DNA of 58,093 bases from Candidatus Buchananbacteria bacterium (GCA_903888345.1 CAISTG010000060.1:1-58093), one strand, 5' to 3'; shown: positions 44,661-54,446, numbered from the stretch's first letter. A program made the numbers and translations. The notes: generated from the sequence alone by a model not told the origin.

Positions 44661-44890
44661 TTGCCCCGCCTAAGTTCAAGCCACCGCCCTTTCAGGAAAA
44701 CTTTGACCTCTTGGAGCGAGCCAGAAAAAAAATAACTGGCGCCAACAATCACAGACTAAACGGGCTAATTGCCACATATCGAGTGGCGGTTGCTATAGTC
44801 AAATATGCACGAGACCAAAAAGATTACGAAGAAATTTTAACAAAAGTCAGAGAAGCTGAAACTGACTTATTAAATAAAATTGAAAGTTGA
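44657..44890 (+). CDS. hypothetical small helical protein
   Basis: 77-aa ORF translationally coupled to the previous one and followed by a terminator. Confidence 0.45.
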   Translation: MIAPPKFKPPPFQENFDLLERARKKITGANNHRLNGLIATYRVAVAIVKYARDQKDYEEILTKVREAETDLLNKIES

Positions 44891-44900
44891 ATACCGACAC

Positions 44901-44935
44901 GCGATTAGCCACAATGGTTAGTCGCTTTTTTATTT
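44901..44935 (+). terminator. intrinsic terminator
   Basis: GCGATTAGCC-acaat-GGTTAGTCGC hairpin (with G-U pairs) followed by TTTTTTATTTT. Confidence 0.55.
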
Positions 44936-44962
44936 TCCGCCAATTTGCTATAATATAGGTAT

Positions 44963-45487
44963 ATGTTTATAACCGTTCACGCAGCTGCCGGCGCTATTGT
45001 CGGCACTCAAATCAGTAATCCCTATTTAGCCTTTATCGCCGGAGTCGGCTTGCATTTTATCATGGACATCATCCCCCATGGTGATCGCGAATTAGGCAAA
45101 AGATTTTTTGGTTTACTCAACAAAAAACTAAGTGAGGAAGAAAAACTAAGATCCCTAGCCGCCTATGGCGTCATGGATTACTTAGTCTTGATCTTTTTCC
45201 TTATCTATTCTTTTAAGAATTTTTATTTTGCCAAAGACGATGGAGTCATCTGGGCCATGATTGGTAGTATTTTGCCTGATGTGCTCGTAGCTCTTTATAT
45301 GCTCACTAAATATAAATGGCTAAAATGGTTTTTTGACTTCCATCACTGGGTCCACCATCTAATTATCGGTCGTCTCAAACATGACATTCACCTCAAGACT
45401 GGCATCATCATGCAACTCATCGTGTTCATTATCCTGCTATTAGTCCTCAATTATATCAATAACTTTAGCCCATTAATTTCCTTTTAA
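44963..45487 (+). CDS. hypothetical membrane protein (4-5 TM helices, conserved His/Asp residues)
   Basis: Hydrophobic ORF with HFIMDIIPHGD and HHWVHH motifs, suggesting a metal-binding membrane protein. The family is not recognised with confidence. Confidence 0.6.
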   Translation: MFITVHAAAGAIVGTQISNPYLAFIAGVGLHFIMDIIPHGDRELGKRFFGLLNKKLSEEEKLRSLAAYGVMDYLVLIFFLIYSFKNFYFAKDDGVIWAMIGSILPDVLVALYMLTKYKWLKWFFDFHHWVHHLIIGRLKHDIHLKTGIIMQLIVFIILLLVLNYINNFSPLISF

Positions 45488-45502
45488 TCAGAAGGCTATC
45501 TT

Positions 45503-45548
45503 AAAAAACATTCGAATCAGTTTACATAAACTGATTCGAATGTTTTTT
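45503..45548. terminator. bidirectional intrinsic terminator
   Basis: Perfect 16-bp hairpin ACATTCGAATCAGTTT-acat-AAACTGATTCGAATGT flanked by A- and T-runs, between convergent genes. Confidence 0.75.
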
Positions 45549-45571
45549 ATAGTTAATATTTCGGCACCAGC

Positions 45572-46690
45572 TCAAATAATCGTACCAAGAACCCGATTAA
45601 CCTCTTCAGCACTACTCTCCCAAGCGAACTGTGACGCTCTCAAATGAGCCTCAGACTTGAGCTTTTCATAACCCGCCGAATTATGCGTTATTTCTTGCAA
45701 TACCCCTAAAATCGAAGATTCTGACCCGCTATCGATATATAATGCGGCCTCGCCGCCAATTTCCGGTAAAGCGGAATTATTAGCCAAAATCAATGGTAGG
45801 TTAAATTGTAGCGCCTCAGCGGCAGGCAAACCAAAGCCCTCATATTTCGAAGGCAAAATCAGTGCGTAAGCCGATTGATATAAGGCTACCTTTTCTTCAT
45901 TACTAATAAAACCAAGATACTTAATTTTTTCTTCTCCCAATGTCTGATTAACCGACTTGATAGCGGCAAAAATTTCTTCATTTTTCCAACCGGACTTCCC
46001 TGCCAGAACTAAATCAAAATCATTATTGCCCGCCTGAACAAAATTTTTGTACGCTGCAATTAATAATAATAAATTCTTGCGTGGCTCAATCGTGCCGATG
46101 AACAAAAAATATGTCTTTGTCTCGAGGCCTACTGGAATTGCAGAGCTTACAAGTTGACGATCATAATCAAAATTACCACCCTCGTAAACAACCGTAATCT
46201 TAGTAGCGGCAATTTTAAATATCTCCATGATGTCATTTTTAGTACTCTGTGAGACAGCAATAATCTTGCTAGCGCGTCGCAATGAGACCGGCACCAGTAT
46301 CCGACGATCGAGACTAATAGCTGAATCGGGAAATAACTCAGGTATTTTATATACAGCTAAATCATGAACCGTCACTACTGATCTTCTGAAATATAATAGT
46401 GGGATAATATTAGCCGGAAACCAACAAACATCCAGCTGCTGCCACCACATCACTATTGGCACAATCAATTGCGAATAGACTAAAGGTAAATACTTTTTAT
46501 ATTTATAAAACGGTAAAATTATTACTTTAACATTAGGCTGGCGATAATTTTGCGCCGTCGCTGCATCAACAAAAAACAGCACGAACTGATCGTCGCTGTT
46601 TTGTTCGATTAAATGTTTTACAATTTGCCGTGTATACTCGCCGATGCCAGCTGGCTCGGAGATAGTACGGCAATCGATGCCAATTTTCAT
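45572..46690 (-). CDS. GT4-family (GT-B fold) glycosyltransferase
   Basis: C-terminal EGFGLPAAEA motif and a typical GT1/GT4 two-Rossmann layout. Confidence 0.85.
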   Translation of the reverse strand: MKIGIDCRTISEPAGIGEYTRQIVKHLIEQNSDDQFVLFFVDAATAQNYRQPNVKVIILPFYKYKKYLPLVYSQLIVPIVMWWQQLDVCWFPANIIPLLYFRRSVVTVHDLAVYKIPELFPDSAISLDRRILVPVSLRRASKIIAVSQSTKNDIMEIFKIAATKITVVYEGGNFDYDRQLVSSAIPVGLETKTYFLFIGTIEPRKNLLLLIAAYKNFVQAGNNDFDLVLAGKSGWKNEEIFAAIKSVNQTLGEEKIKYLGFISNEEKVALYQSAYALILPSKYEGFGLPAAEALQFNLPLILANNSALPEIGGEAALYIDSGSESSILGVLQEITHNSAGYEKLKSEAHLRASQFAWESSAEEVNRVLGTII

Positions 46691-47944
46691 TTACTTGAGA
46701 AGTTTTTTGAATCTTGCACTATCCTTAAACGGCCCAATGACCGCTAAATTTGCTTTCTTAAAATCAAAAATTTCTTCGGCCACTGCCTTAACTTCGCTAG
46801 CCTTGACTGCCATAATTTTCTTTAACTTTTCCGCTGGAGCAACTAAAGGCTTGCCTAACAATTCCAAATTACCGTAGTACTGCGCGATCGACATGGAGTC
46901 TTCTAAATCAATCGCTGTCTTGCCAGCAATATATTCCTTAGCGCGCTTTAATTCTTCTTCGGTTACTCCCACTTTCAGCTTATCTAACTCAGTCATAATC
47001 GCTTTAATCGCGAAATCAATGCGCGCCTTATCCAGTCCAGCCTGAATCACCATCGCTCCCCGATCTTCGTATAAATTCGGCCACGAGCGGATAAAATAAC
47101 ATAAACCATTCTTCTCGCGAATATTAATAAATAGTCTCGAGCTCATATTACCACCAAGAATAACGGACATTAATTGTAAGGCATAATTACGCTTGTCAGT
47201 CTGCGAAAAAGCTGGGAAACCCAAAGCTAATTGTACTTGTTCGGTATCTTTATGCTTCACGGCAACCTGCGGCGTCTTTTGTGTGGCGACTGATTTAATT
47301 ATTTTAGACTTAGTCCCCTTCTTAATGTCGAATTTCGCTTTAATTTCTTGAACATGTTTGTCGGTAAACTTACCTGCCAAAGCAATGACTAAATTAGAGC
47401 CGTTATAAAAATTATTTTTATATTTCATCATCGAAGCGCGAGTGACGGCGCGAACAGTCTCACGGCTACCGGCAATTTGATGTCCCAGCTGCGAGCCAGT
47501 AAACACCATTTCTTCTAAAACCTCTTCAATAAACATCATCGGATTATCTTCATACATATTGATCTCTTCGACAATCACGCCTTTTTCTTTCGCTAATTCT
47601 TCCGCATCAAATTTAGAGTTAATTAACATGTCAGATAACATATCAATAGCGAGTGACAGATGACGGCTGTCAGATTTGATGTAGTATCCTGTAACATCTT
47701 TACCAGTATAAGCATTATATTCTGCACCAATACCATCCAACTCTTTTGATAAATCCAAAGTCGTTGGGCGCTTCTTGGTGCCCTTAAACATCATATGCTC
47801 CACGAAATGCGAAATACCATAAATCGGCTTAGTCTCCTGGCGGCTGCCAACCTTGGTCAAAACCAGCAAACTAGCGGTTTGCGTTTCTTTAAGTGGCGAA
47901 GTAATCAAGCGAATACCATTTTTTAATGTTTGTTTTTTATGCAT
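46691..47944 (-). CDS. M16-family (pitrilysin/insulinase-like) zinc peptidase
   Basis: Inverted zinc motif HFVEHMMFKGT, and an N-terminus (MHKKQTLKNGIRLI) typical of the family. The start is placed at the ATG at 47944. Its stop abuts the GT4 start. Confidence 0.88.
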   Translation of the reverse strand: MHKKQTLKNGIRLITSPLKETQTASLLVLTKVGSRQETKPIYGISHFVEHMMFKGTKKRPTTLDLSKELDGIGAEYNAYTGKDVTGYYIKSDSRHLSLAIDMLSDMLINSKFDAEELAKEKGVIVEEINMYEDNPMMFIEEVLEEMVFTGSQLGHQIAGSRETVRAVTRASMMKYKNNFYNGSNLVIALAGKFTDKHVQEIKAKFDIKKGTKSKIIKSVATQKTPQVAVKHKDTEQVQLALGFPAFSQTDKRNYALQLMSVILGGNMSSRLFINIREKNGLCYFIRSWPNLYEDRGAMVIQAGLDKARIDFAIKAIMTELDKLKVGVTEEELKRAKEYIAGKTAIDLEDSMSIAQYYGNLELLGKPLVAPAEKLKKIMAVKASEVKAVAEEIFDFKKANLAVIGPFKDSARFKKLLK

Positions 47945-47985
47945 AATATGTATTAGTTTCTGGAATAATCTTAGCAAAAACCGAC

Positions 47986-48016
47986 AAAAAAAGCCACCTG
48001 CTTTAGCAAGTGGCTT
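47986..48016 (-). terminator. intrinsic terminator downstream of glyQS
   Basis: On the minus strand: AAGCCACTTGCTAAAGCAGGTGGCTT hairpin followed by TTTTTTT. Confidence 0.65.
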
Positions 48017-48022
48017 TTATCT

Positions 48023-49405
48023 TTAACTAATTTTATTTTTAAGCCAATCCTTCAAATCTTCCACCTTAACTTTATCCTGCTTCATAGTATCGCGATCGCG
48101 AACAGTTACTTCTCCCTTTTCTAGTGTATCGAAATCGACTGTCACGCAGAATGGGGTACCGACTTCGTCTTGGCGACGATAGCGTTTGCCAACATTACCA
48201 TTGTCATCAAATTCGCATTTAAATTCTGACTTCAAGTCAGCAAAAATTTCTCGAGCTTTAGCTACCAATTCTGGTTTATTTTTCAGTAACGGGAAAATAG
48301 CAACTTTAGTTGGCGCCAGCTTCGGTGGGAATTTCATAACCACGCGAATATCCCCTTCACCCAAATCTTCTTCAGTATAGGCAGCGGATAAAGCCACTAA
48401 GACTGCACGATCAACACCGAAGGTTGGCTCCAAAACATGCGGCAGATATCTTTTATTGGTAGTTGAATCAAAATAAGTTAGATCAGAGCCAGAAAATTTC
48501 TGATGTTGACTCAAATCAAAATCACCACGATGGGCTAAGCCAAATAATTCAGCAAAGCCAAACGGGAAATTATACTCGATATCCACGGTTTTACGGGAAT
48601 AGTGGGATAACTTTTCCTTAGGATGCTCATAACGCTTCAAATCTTCAGCTTTCGCTCCTAGCGATTTGGCAAATTCTTCTTGCGCTTCCAACCAGTTATT
48701 AAACATAGCTTCCCACTCGGCTTCGGGCGAAATAAAATATTCAATTTCCATTTGCTCGAATTCTCTGACGCGGAAAATAAAGTTACGCGCCACGATTTCA
48801 TTGCGAAACGCTTTGCCGATCTGACCAATGCCGAAAGGTACTTTAACGCGGCAAGAATCAATCACATTCTTAAAGTCCACAAAAATCGCCCCGGCGGTTT
48901 CTGGTCGTAAATAAACCGGGCCCTCAACACTATTCATTTCGGTTTTAAACATCATGTTGAAAAATCTCGCTTCAGTCCAATTCTGTTTGCCACAATTCGG
49001 GCATTTGATTTCGGTTTGGATTGTCTTGGTCATTTCATCTAATTTACCTTCCAAGTCCTTGCCTAAAACTTCACTAATCAAATTATCGGCGCGATAGCGC
49101 ATCTTGCACTCTTTGCAATCAATCATCGCATCATTAAAACCACCTAAGTGGCCCGAGGCCTCCCATAATTTTGAGTTGAGTAAAATCGGACCATCAAGTC
49201 CCACCATATCTTCGCGGCCATCAACAAACTTCTTCCACCATAATTGTTTGATATTGTTCTTGAGCTCGACGCCATAGGGGCCATAGGAATAGGCATTGGC
49301 AAAACCACCATAAATTTCACACGCCGGAAAAACAAAGCCTTTGCGTTTACAAAAAGCAACGATTTTCTCCATTTGTTCGTTTTTGATATTCTTTTCTTTG
49401 GCCAT
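48023..49405 (-). CDS. glyQS: glycine--tRNA ligase, homodimeric class II type
   Basis: The N-terminus (IVAFCKRKGFVFPACEIYGGFANAYSYGPYGVELKNNIKQLWW), class II motifs and a C-terminal anticodon-binding domain are characteristic of GlyQS. Confidence 0.95.
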   Translation of the reverse strand: MAKEKNIKNEQMEKIVAFCKRKGFVFPACEIYGGFANAYSYGPYGVELKNNIKQLWWKKFVDGREDMVGLDGPILLNSKLWEASGHLGGFNDAMIDCKECKMRYRADNLISEVLGKDLEGKLDEMTKTIQTEIKCPNCGKQNWTEARFFNMMFKTEMNSVEGPVYLRPETAGAIFVDFKNVIDSCRVKVPFGIGQIGKAFRNEIVARNFIFRVREFEQMEIEYFISPEAEWEAMFNNWLEAQEEFAKSLGAKAEDLKRYEHPKEKLSHYSRKTVDIEYNFPFGFAELFGLAHRGDFDLSQHQKFSGSDLTYFDSTTNKRYLPHVLEPTFGVDRAVLVALSAAYTEEDLGEGDIRVVMKFPPKLAPTKVAIFPLLKNKPELVAKAREIFADLKSEFKCEFDDNGNVGKRYRRQDEVGTPFCVTVDFDTLEKGEVTVRDRDTMKQDKVKVEDLKDWLKNKIS

Positions 49406-49574
49406 ATAATTAAATTGTTTAATCGTTTTTAATATTGAATTGATATGATGCTGGTGTGGTGGTAAATAATCTAGCCACTTAACAATTAATTTTAGTATAA
49501 CTACCGTTAAATCACAGGCCTATCTTAGCAATAAATCGGCCCTTTAGTCAAAAATCCCGCACCTGGCGAGATAT

Positions 49575-50225
49575 TTAATAACTGGTTTGTGGCGTCTCAA
49601 CTCCGGGCTCAGAACTAATTAGCGGCTCTTTTTCAGCAAAGGCACCGGCGACACGACCAGTAAAACGCAGTTTAGCGATCAATCTGCCCGCTTGAGATGT
49701 TAAGATTTCATCATTATATGGGCCCTGAGCCAAACTTGTCTCCGCCACCTTTAAGGGCCACGCATAAACAGTCTCCACAGCCGCCAAAAAAACACTAGCA
49801 CCCTGCTGCTTCTGGGAATTAAACTCAATTAATGGCAACATTAAGTAGGAAATACAAATAACAGCCACTGCCAGTAAAATTGATTGCCAAAACCACACTA
49901 AAGGACTAAGCCAATTAAATTCCCCAGTCGCCGTAATTTCTCTAGTCCAAGACTCTCGCTTGCGATTAATCTCATAATGCTCGGCAACCGTTTGGGTTAA
50001 GTGATGTTTTAAGGTTTGTTTAAAATCTTGCAACCAACGCTCCTCCAAAAACCACTGACCATCAACTTGATAGGCTTTAACTTTACCATCTCGAATCAGT
50101 CGCGTTAAATATTTTTCGCTCACCTTCAGATAAGCAGCTGCTTCTGGCAATACAAACAACTCACTGCTAGAAAATTTCTTCAGCAGTTGTTTCATGGCTT
50201 GGCAAGTTGTCTGGGTCTGACTCAT
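49575..50225 (-). CDS. excisionase/MerR-type HTH domain protein with a TM segment
   Basis: The N-terminal motif (LPEAAAYLKVSEKYLTRLIRDGKVKAYQVDGQWFLEERWL) matches the excisionase-family helix-turn-helix pattern. A central hydrophobic helix (WFWQSILLAVAVICISYLMLPL) follows. Confidence 0.7.
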   Translation of the reverse strand: MSQTQTTCQAMKQLLKKFSSSELFVLPEAAAYLKVSEKYLTRLIRDGKVKAYQVDGQWFLEERWLQDFKQTLKHHLTQTVAEHYEINRKRESWTREITATGEFNWLSPLVWFWQSILLAVAVICISYLMLPLIEFNSQKQQGASVFLAAVETVYAWPLKVAETSLAQGPYNDEILTSQAGRLIAKLRFTGRVAGAFAEKEPLISSEPGVETPQTSY

Positions 50226-50377
50226 TTGTTGAAATTGATTATCGGATATCCGACACGGCGGATTCCGATAATGACGAATAAGGATGAATTCTAATATAAA
50301 TTATAACATAAATTTCTCGGTGCGTTAAATGGTGTTGTCCTCGTCGCCTGAGAGCTGACAGATACGAAAATCTCCGA

Positions 50378-50412
50378 CAAAAAAATCCGTTCCGAAGTTA
50401 ATCGGAACGGAT
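50378..50412 (-). terminator. intrinsic terminator downstream of the 50427 gene
   Basis: On the minus strand: ATCCGTTCCGATTAACTTCGGAACGGAT hairpin followed by TTTTTTT. Confidence 0.7.
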
Positions 50413-50426
50413 TTTTAAATAAAAAT

Positions 50427-50963
50427 TTATTTCTTGGCGGCAGCAGCCTGGTCACTAACGTAACTAGCGATTGCCTGTACGACACGAGAATCAGCCTTTA
50501 ACTTTTCAGTCAAAAGAACCTGATCGCGATTGATAATCATCGCATCGGTCGGGCCATGAATTTCATTACCCAACTTGATCAAAGTTAACTCTTGTTGAGT
50601 CTGAGCAGCTGTTGTAGCAGCGGCACCAGTAGCGGTACTTTGTAATGGCTTAGTAACTACCTGTAGATAGTAGATATCAGCCAAAACAACTGACTTCATA
50701 CCAACTTGCTTAACTTTACCAAAATAAACTTGGCCATTGGTTAAGAAAATTGCCTGCCAGTCCTTGCCAGAAACAGCAGCGATTGAATCATCGGACCACA
50801 TCTTTTTAACACCGACACAAAGCGCTCCTACTACGACGACGATCACTACGATCACAATTACCCAACCTAAAAATTTTAACACCTTACCACCAGCCGATTT
50901 TCGAACTGGCGCCTCTGACTTGTTTGCATCGTCAAAAGGACTCATTGTCTTATTGATTGCCAT
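50427..50963 (-). CDS. hypothetical N-terminally membrane-anchored protein
   Basis: A single TM helix (WVIVIVVIVVVVGALCVGV) followed by a ~120-aa soluble domain. No motif recognised. Confidence 0.65.
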   Translation of the reverse strand: MAINKTMSPFDDANKSEAPVRKSAGGKVLKFLGWVIVIVVIVVVVGALCVGVKKMWSDDSIAAVSGKDWQAIFLTNGQVYFGKVKQVGMKSVVLADIYYLQVVTKPLQSTATGAAATTAAQTQQELTLIKLGNEIHGPTDAMIINRDQVLLTEKLKADSRVVQAIASYVSDQAAAAKK

Positions 50964-51157
50964 TTTATTGTCTCCTTCTGCCGCATCGCCAGACGCAGAA
51001 GCGAATATTGATGGGCCAGTAGCTTATGCTACCAAATTAATTATTTATGTAAAAATTACGTTAAACTAATTCTACTTCCATTATACCAACTTATAAATAT
51101 TATAACAAGTTGTCATAATTATAACAAGATATTAATATTATAACAAATTTAATTTTA

Positions 51158-52213
51158 CTAATCAACATCAGCAGTTGTGGAAAAGCCAGCTTTGCTATGA
51201 TTAAGGATATCGCCAAAAACAACGCTCAAGGCCGTAGTGACTGGGATTGCTAAAATGATTCCAACAATACCAGCGATCTGTGCACCAATCATCATAGCCA
51301 CAATCACCACCACAGGATTTAAACCGACCGCACGTTTCATGACTTGCGGCACAATAACATAATTCTCCAGCTGTTGAATGACAATATACAAAACAGCAAC
51401 TGATAACCCCAAGACTGGCGACACCGTAAAAGCAATAAATACCGCCGGCACCGCGCCGATAAACGGCCCGAGATAAGGAATAATTTCAGTAACGCCCGCA
51501 AACAAAGCCAACACCCAAGCATATTTAACTCCCAATAACGACAGACCCGCTAAGGAGCAAGCGAAGATAATAAAAGATAATAATAACTGACCGCGCAACC
51601 ATAAGCCGATTTTTTCTTGCATGCGGGTCACCAAATGCATAAAGTAAGGTTGATACTTTGGCGGCAAGAATGAACGGAGCTTTTTTTTCATTGGGGCATC
51701 ATAGACTGCCAAATAAAAAGTCATCACTAAAATAACTAAGCCAGAAAAGACGCTTCCGATAAATGTGAAAATCCCACCAAAGACATTAGTAGCCATTGAG
51801 GTGGCACTAGCCTGTAACGCATCTAAAGCATTTTGAATATTAGATTGTAAGCCATGACTAACGGAGAAAATCTCAACTTGTTGCCAGCCAGACGATAACT
51901 TTTCCCAATAGCCAGGAAAATCACTAGATAGATTCTTAATTTCCGAAGAGATAGGATTAATCAACAAATAAGAAGAGAAAAATACCAGAAAGAAAGCAAC
52001 GACGTAAATAAAGAAAACTGATAACGACCGTGGAACCTTAAACTTTTGAAACCAATCAACCCAGGGGTCAATAGCGGAGGCAAAAACTAAGGCGACAAAA
52101 ACAATCATAACCACATCGCGCAAATAAAAGAGGACGGCCACGGCAGTGACAATTAGGAGAATCTTCAACAGGGTGAAGAGCGATATTTCGACGACGAGTT
52201 TTTTGTCTGGCAT
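51158..52213 (-). CDS. AI-2E (PerM/YdiK) family transporter
   Basis: About 8 TM helices with the characteristic EIIPYLGPFIGAVPAV segment. Confidence 0.88.
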   Translation of the reverse strand: MPDKKLVVEISLFTLLKILLIVTAVAVLFYLRDVVMIVFVALVFASAIDPWVDWFQKFKVPRSLSVFFIYVVAFFLVFFSSYLLINPISSEIKNLSSDFPGYWEKLSSGWQQVEIFSVSHGLQSNIQNALDALQASATSMATNVFGGIFTFIGSVFSGLVILVMTFYLAVYDAPMKKKLRSFLPPKYQPYFMHLVTRMQEKIGLWLRGQLLLSFIIFACSLAGLSLLGVKYAWVLALFAGVTEIIPYLGPFIGAVPAVFIAFTVSPVLGLSVAVLYIVIQQLENYVIVPQVMKRAVGLNPVVVIVAMMIGAQIAGIVGIILAIPVTTALSVVFGDILNHSKAGFSTTADVD

Positions 52214-52276
52214 GGGCTTTGATTAATTTCTATTTATATTATACTATATATTCGTAACACAAGCAAAATATTTAAG

Positions 52277-52726
52277 ATGAAAATAATCACCAAAAACAAA
52301 GAAGGCTTATACAGCTATGAAATTTTAGACACCTGGAAAGCCGGGTTGGTTTTAAGTGGCCCAGAAGTTAAGGCGGTTAAGGGTGGCCTAGTCAGCTTGA
52401 AGGGCTCCTTTGTCCAGTTGGATAATAAGAATGAGGTCTGGCTAGTCAACTCCTTTATTGGCCCCTACAAGCCAGCCAAAACCCAACAATTAGGCTACGA
52501 TCCCTACCAAAGACGCAAGTTATTACTGAATAAACGTGAAATTGATTCCATCTTAGGTAAAAAGTCCCAAAAAGGCTTGACAATTGTCCCAATTTCAGTA
52601 TATACTAATAAGAGATTGATTAAGGTTGAGATTGGACTAGCCCGTGGCAAGACCAAAATCGACAAGCGAGAATCCATTAAAAAACGAGAGCTTAATCGCG
52701 AAATCTTGCGAACCTTAAAACAGTAA
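52277..52726 (+). CDS. smpB: SsrA-binding protein SmpB
   Basis: KNKEGLYSYEILDTWKAGLVLSGPEVKAV, and YDPYQRRKLLLNKREI. Confidence 0.95.
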   Translation: MKIITKNKEGLYSYEILDTWKAGLVLSGPEVKAVKGGLVSLKGSFVQLDNKNEVWLVNSFIGPYKPAKTQQLGYDPYQRRKLLLNKREIDSILGKKSQKGLTIVPISVYTNKRLIKVEIGLARGKTKIDKRESIKKRELNREILRTLKQ

Positions 52727-52728
52727 TT

Positions 52729-53114
52729 GGGGATGTCTTGCTTTGATAGGGATGAAATTTCCATTTTGGCAAATCGAGGCTGATGGCCAGCTCGTAAACC
52801 GACCATCACGGCTAAAATGCCAACAATCTTTTGGCAAAAGTACGATCCGCTTTCAGCGGCTTGGCTTTTGCTCCAGCCCTAGCCTAATATCTAGCGCCAT
52901 CGCTACCGCCCACTCCTAACAAGCAGTTAGCGGTGTTATATCTATAGGATCGCCAAAATCTCTACTCGATGGATCTTGGTTAAACATATTCGAGCTAACT
53001 GAAAGATTTTTTGCCGCTTTTAGAATCTTTCAGCCAAAACTTAAAACGGCTAAATTTGTAATACCGATGGGACACTTTTGTTCTTAGACAGGGGCTCAAT
53101 ACCCCTCATCTCCA
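52729..53114 (+). ncRNA. ssrA: tmRNA (SsrA), one-piece
   Basis: It starts with GGGGATG directly after smpB. The 3' end GGGGCTCAATACCCCTCATCTCCA forms a T-arm and an acceptor stem with the G3:U70 alanine identity pair. The internal tag frame GCC AAC AAT ... CTA GCC TAA (52819-52887) encodes ANNLLAKVRSAFSGLAFAPALA. The terminal CCA is not encoded (CAA follows). Confidence 0.9.
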
Positions 53115-53120
53115 CAATCA

Positions 53121-53195
53121 TTGTTTAAAGTCGAAAGTCCATAAAGTTCCTAAAGTTTGGGACTTTTGACTTTAAAGACTTTTTACTTTAGAGAC
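53121..53195. repeat. AAAGTC/GACTTT hairpin spacer
   Basis: AAAGTCGAAAGTCC (53127-53140) pairs with GGACTTTTGACTTT (53160-53173), followed by further GACTTT/ACTTTA units. It lies between ssrA and infC. Confidence 0.7.
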
Positions 53196-53207
53196 TAACC
53201 AACTATC

Positions 53208-53777
53208 ATGCGTAAATCATTTAGAGGACACAATCAAAAACCAGAAGGACCAAAAGAATTCCGCGTCAATGAGAAAATCATGTCGCCGGAACTGATGGTC
53301 ATTGATGAAAATGGCGTCAGTTTGGGCAACCTTAGCCGTGATGCGGCTTTGGCAGAAGCCAAGCGACGAGAATTGGATTTGGTGGAAGTTTCACCTAAAG
53401 CCAATCCTCCGATTGCCAAATTTATTGATTACGGCAGTTTTAAGTACCAAAAAGAAAAACAAGAGCGCAAGGCTAAGGCCAAGCAAAAGGTGGTCGAAAC
53501 CAAGACTATCAAGCTCTCCCCTCGTATTGGTCAACATGACGCTGAAATTCGCGCCGATCAAGCTGTAAAATTCTTGCTCGAAGGCGATAAGGTCAGAATT
53601 GAATTGCAATTGCGTGGCCGAGAAAACCAACATGCCGATCTCGCTAAGAGCAACATTAAAGACCTGATTGAACAAATCAAAATCAAATTAGCCGCCACCG
53701 GTTCAACCGAAGCTGTTAAGACCGAGGGCGATATCGCTCGCCAAGGTGGAAAATTATCCTTAAATATTTCAATATAA
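53208..53777 (+). CDS. infC: translation initiation factor IF-3
   Basis: FRVNEKIMSPELMVIDENG, and the C-terminal domain (IKLSPRIGQHDAEIRADQAVKFLLEGDKV). The exact start is uncertain, because infC often uses atypical start codons. Confidence 0.9.
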   Translation: MRKSFRGHNQKPEGPKEFRVNEKIMSPELMVIDENGVSLGNLSRDAALAEAKRRELDLVEVSPKANPPIAKFIDYGSFKYQKEKQERKAKAKQKVVETKTIKLSPRIGQHDAEIRADQAVKFLLEGDKVRIELQLRGRENQHADLAKSNIKDLIEQIKIKLAATGSTEAVKTEGDIARQGGKLSLNISI

Positions 53778-53804
53778 TATAAACTATACAGATTAACAAA
53801 AGTT

Positions 53805-54002
53805 ATGCCGAAAATAAAAACTAGAAAGTCGGTTGCTAAAAGATTTAAAGTAACCAAAACCAAAAAAGTCACCAAGCGCGGTTGTGGCCAAGACCACTTC
53901 AATGCTCGTGAGTCAGGCAAGCAAAAGCGAGGCAAGAAATTGGATCGCTCTGTCGCTGAAACCGATGCCGCCAACATCAGAAAAATGTTGCCTTACAACT
54001 AA
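53805..54002 (+). CDS. rpmI: 50S ribosomal protein L35
   Basis: MPKIKTRKSVAKRFKVTKTKKV. Confidence 0.93.
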   Translation: MPKIKTRKSVAKRFKVTKTKKVTKRGCGQDHFNARESGKQKRGKKLDRSVAETDAANIRKMLPYN

Positions 54003-54043
54003 GGTCGCATCTTCCTAATTATAAACTAAAATTATTATCACAT

Positions 54044-54427
54044 ATGCCTAGAGTAAAACGTGGCGTGATGCATTCCAAGCGCCGAAAGAATCTCTTGAAG
54101 ACCACCAAAGGCTTCCAAAGAGGTAGAAAAAAATTGATTAAACTAGCAACTACTGCTGCCATGAAAGCCGGAGCTAATGCTTTTCGTGATCGTAAGGTCA
54201 AAAAGCGAACCGCTCGTACTCTCTGGCAAATCAGATTAAATGCTGCTGTTCGCGGATTCGGATTATCTTATAGCCGCTTCATTGATGGCTTAAAGAAATC
54301 CAACATTGAAATGGATCGCAAGGTCTTATCTCAATTAGCTCAGAAAGAACCACAAGTATTCGCGAAGATTGTTGAGAAGGTTCAAGCTGAAGTTAAAGTA
54401 GCCGCTAAAGTTGAAGCTAAAGCTTAA
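54044..54427 (+). CDS. rplT: 50S ribosomal protein L20
   Basis: MPRVKRGVMHSKRRKNLLKTTKGFQRGRKKL. A short K/A/E/V-rich C-terminal extension is present. Confidence 0.95.
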   Translation: MPRVKRGVMHSKRRKNLLKTTKGFQRGRKKLIKLATTAAMKAGANAFRDRKVKKRTARTLWQIRLNAAVRGFGLSYSRFIDGLKKSNIEMDRKVLSQLAQKEPQVFAKIVEKVQAEVKVAAKVEAKA

Positions 54428-54446
54428 TTACAATTCTATATTTAAA

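Noticed and set aside
49406-49574. T-box riboswitch leader upstream of glyQS.
   Set aside because: The minus-strand leader is only ~170 nt long. It lacks the conserved T-box sequence (AAnnnGGGUGGUACCGCG-like), and no terminator/antiterminator pair is visible.
52504-52809. 101-aa minus-strand ORF.
   Set aside because: It overlaps the 3' end of smpB and the 5' part of the tmRNA gene. It is a shadow ORF.
53234-53977. Antisense and out-of-frame ORFs across infC and rpmI (53234-53419, 53302-53568, 53391-53675, 53558-53977).
   Set aside because: They overlap strongly conserved infC and rpmI coding sequence and carry no motifs.
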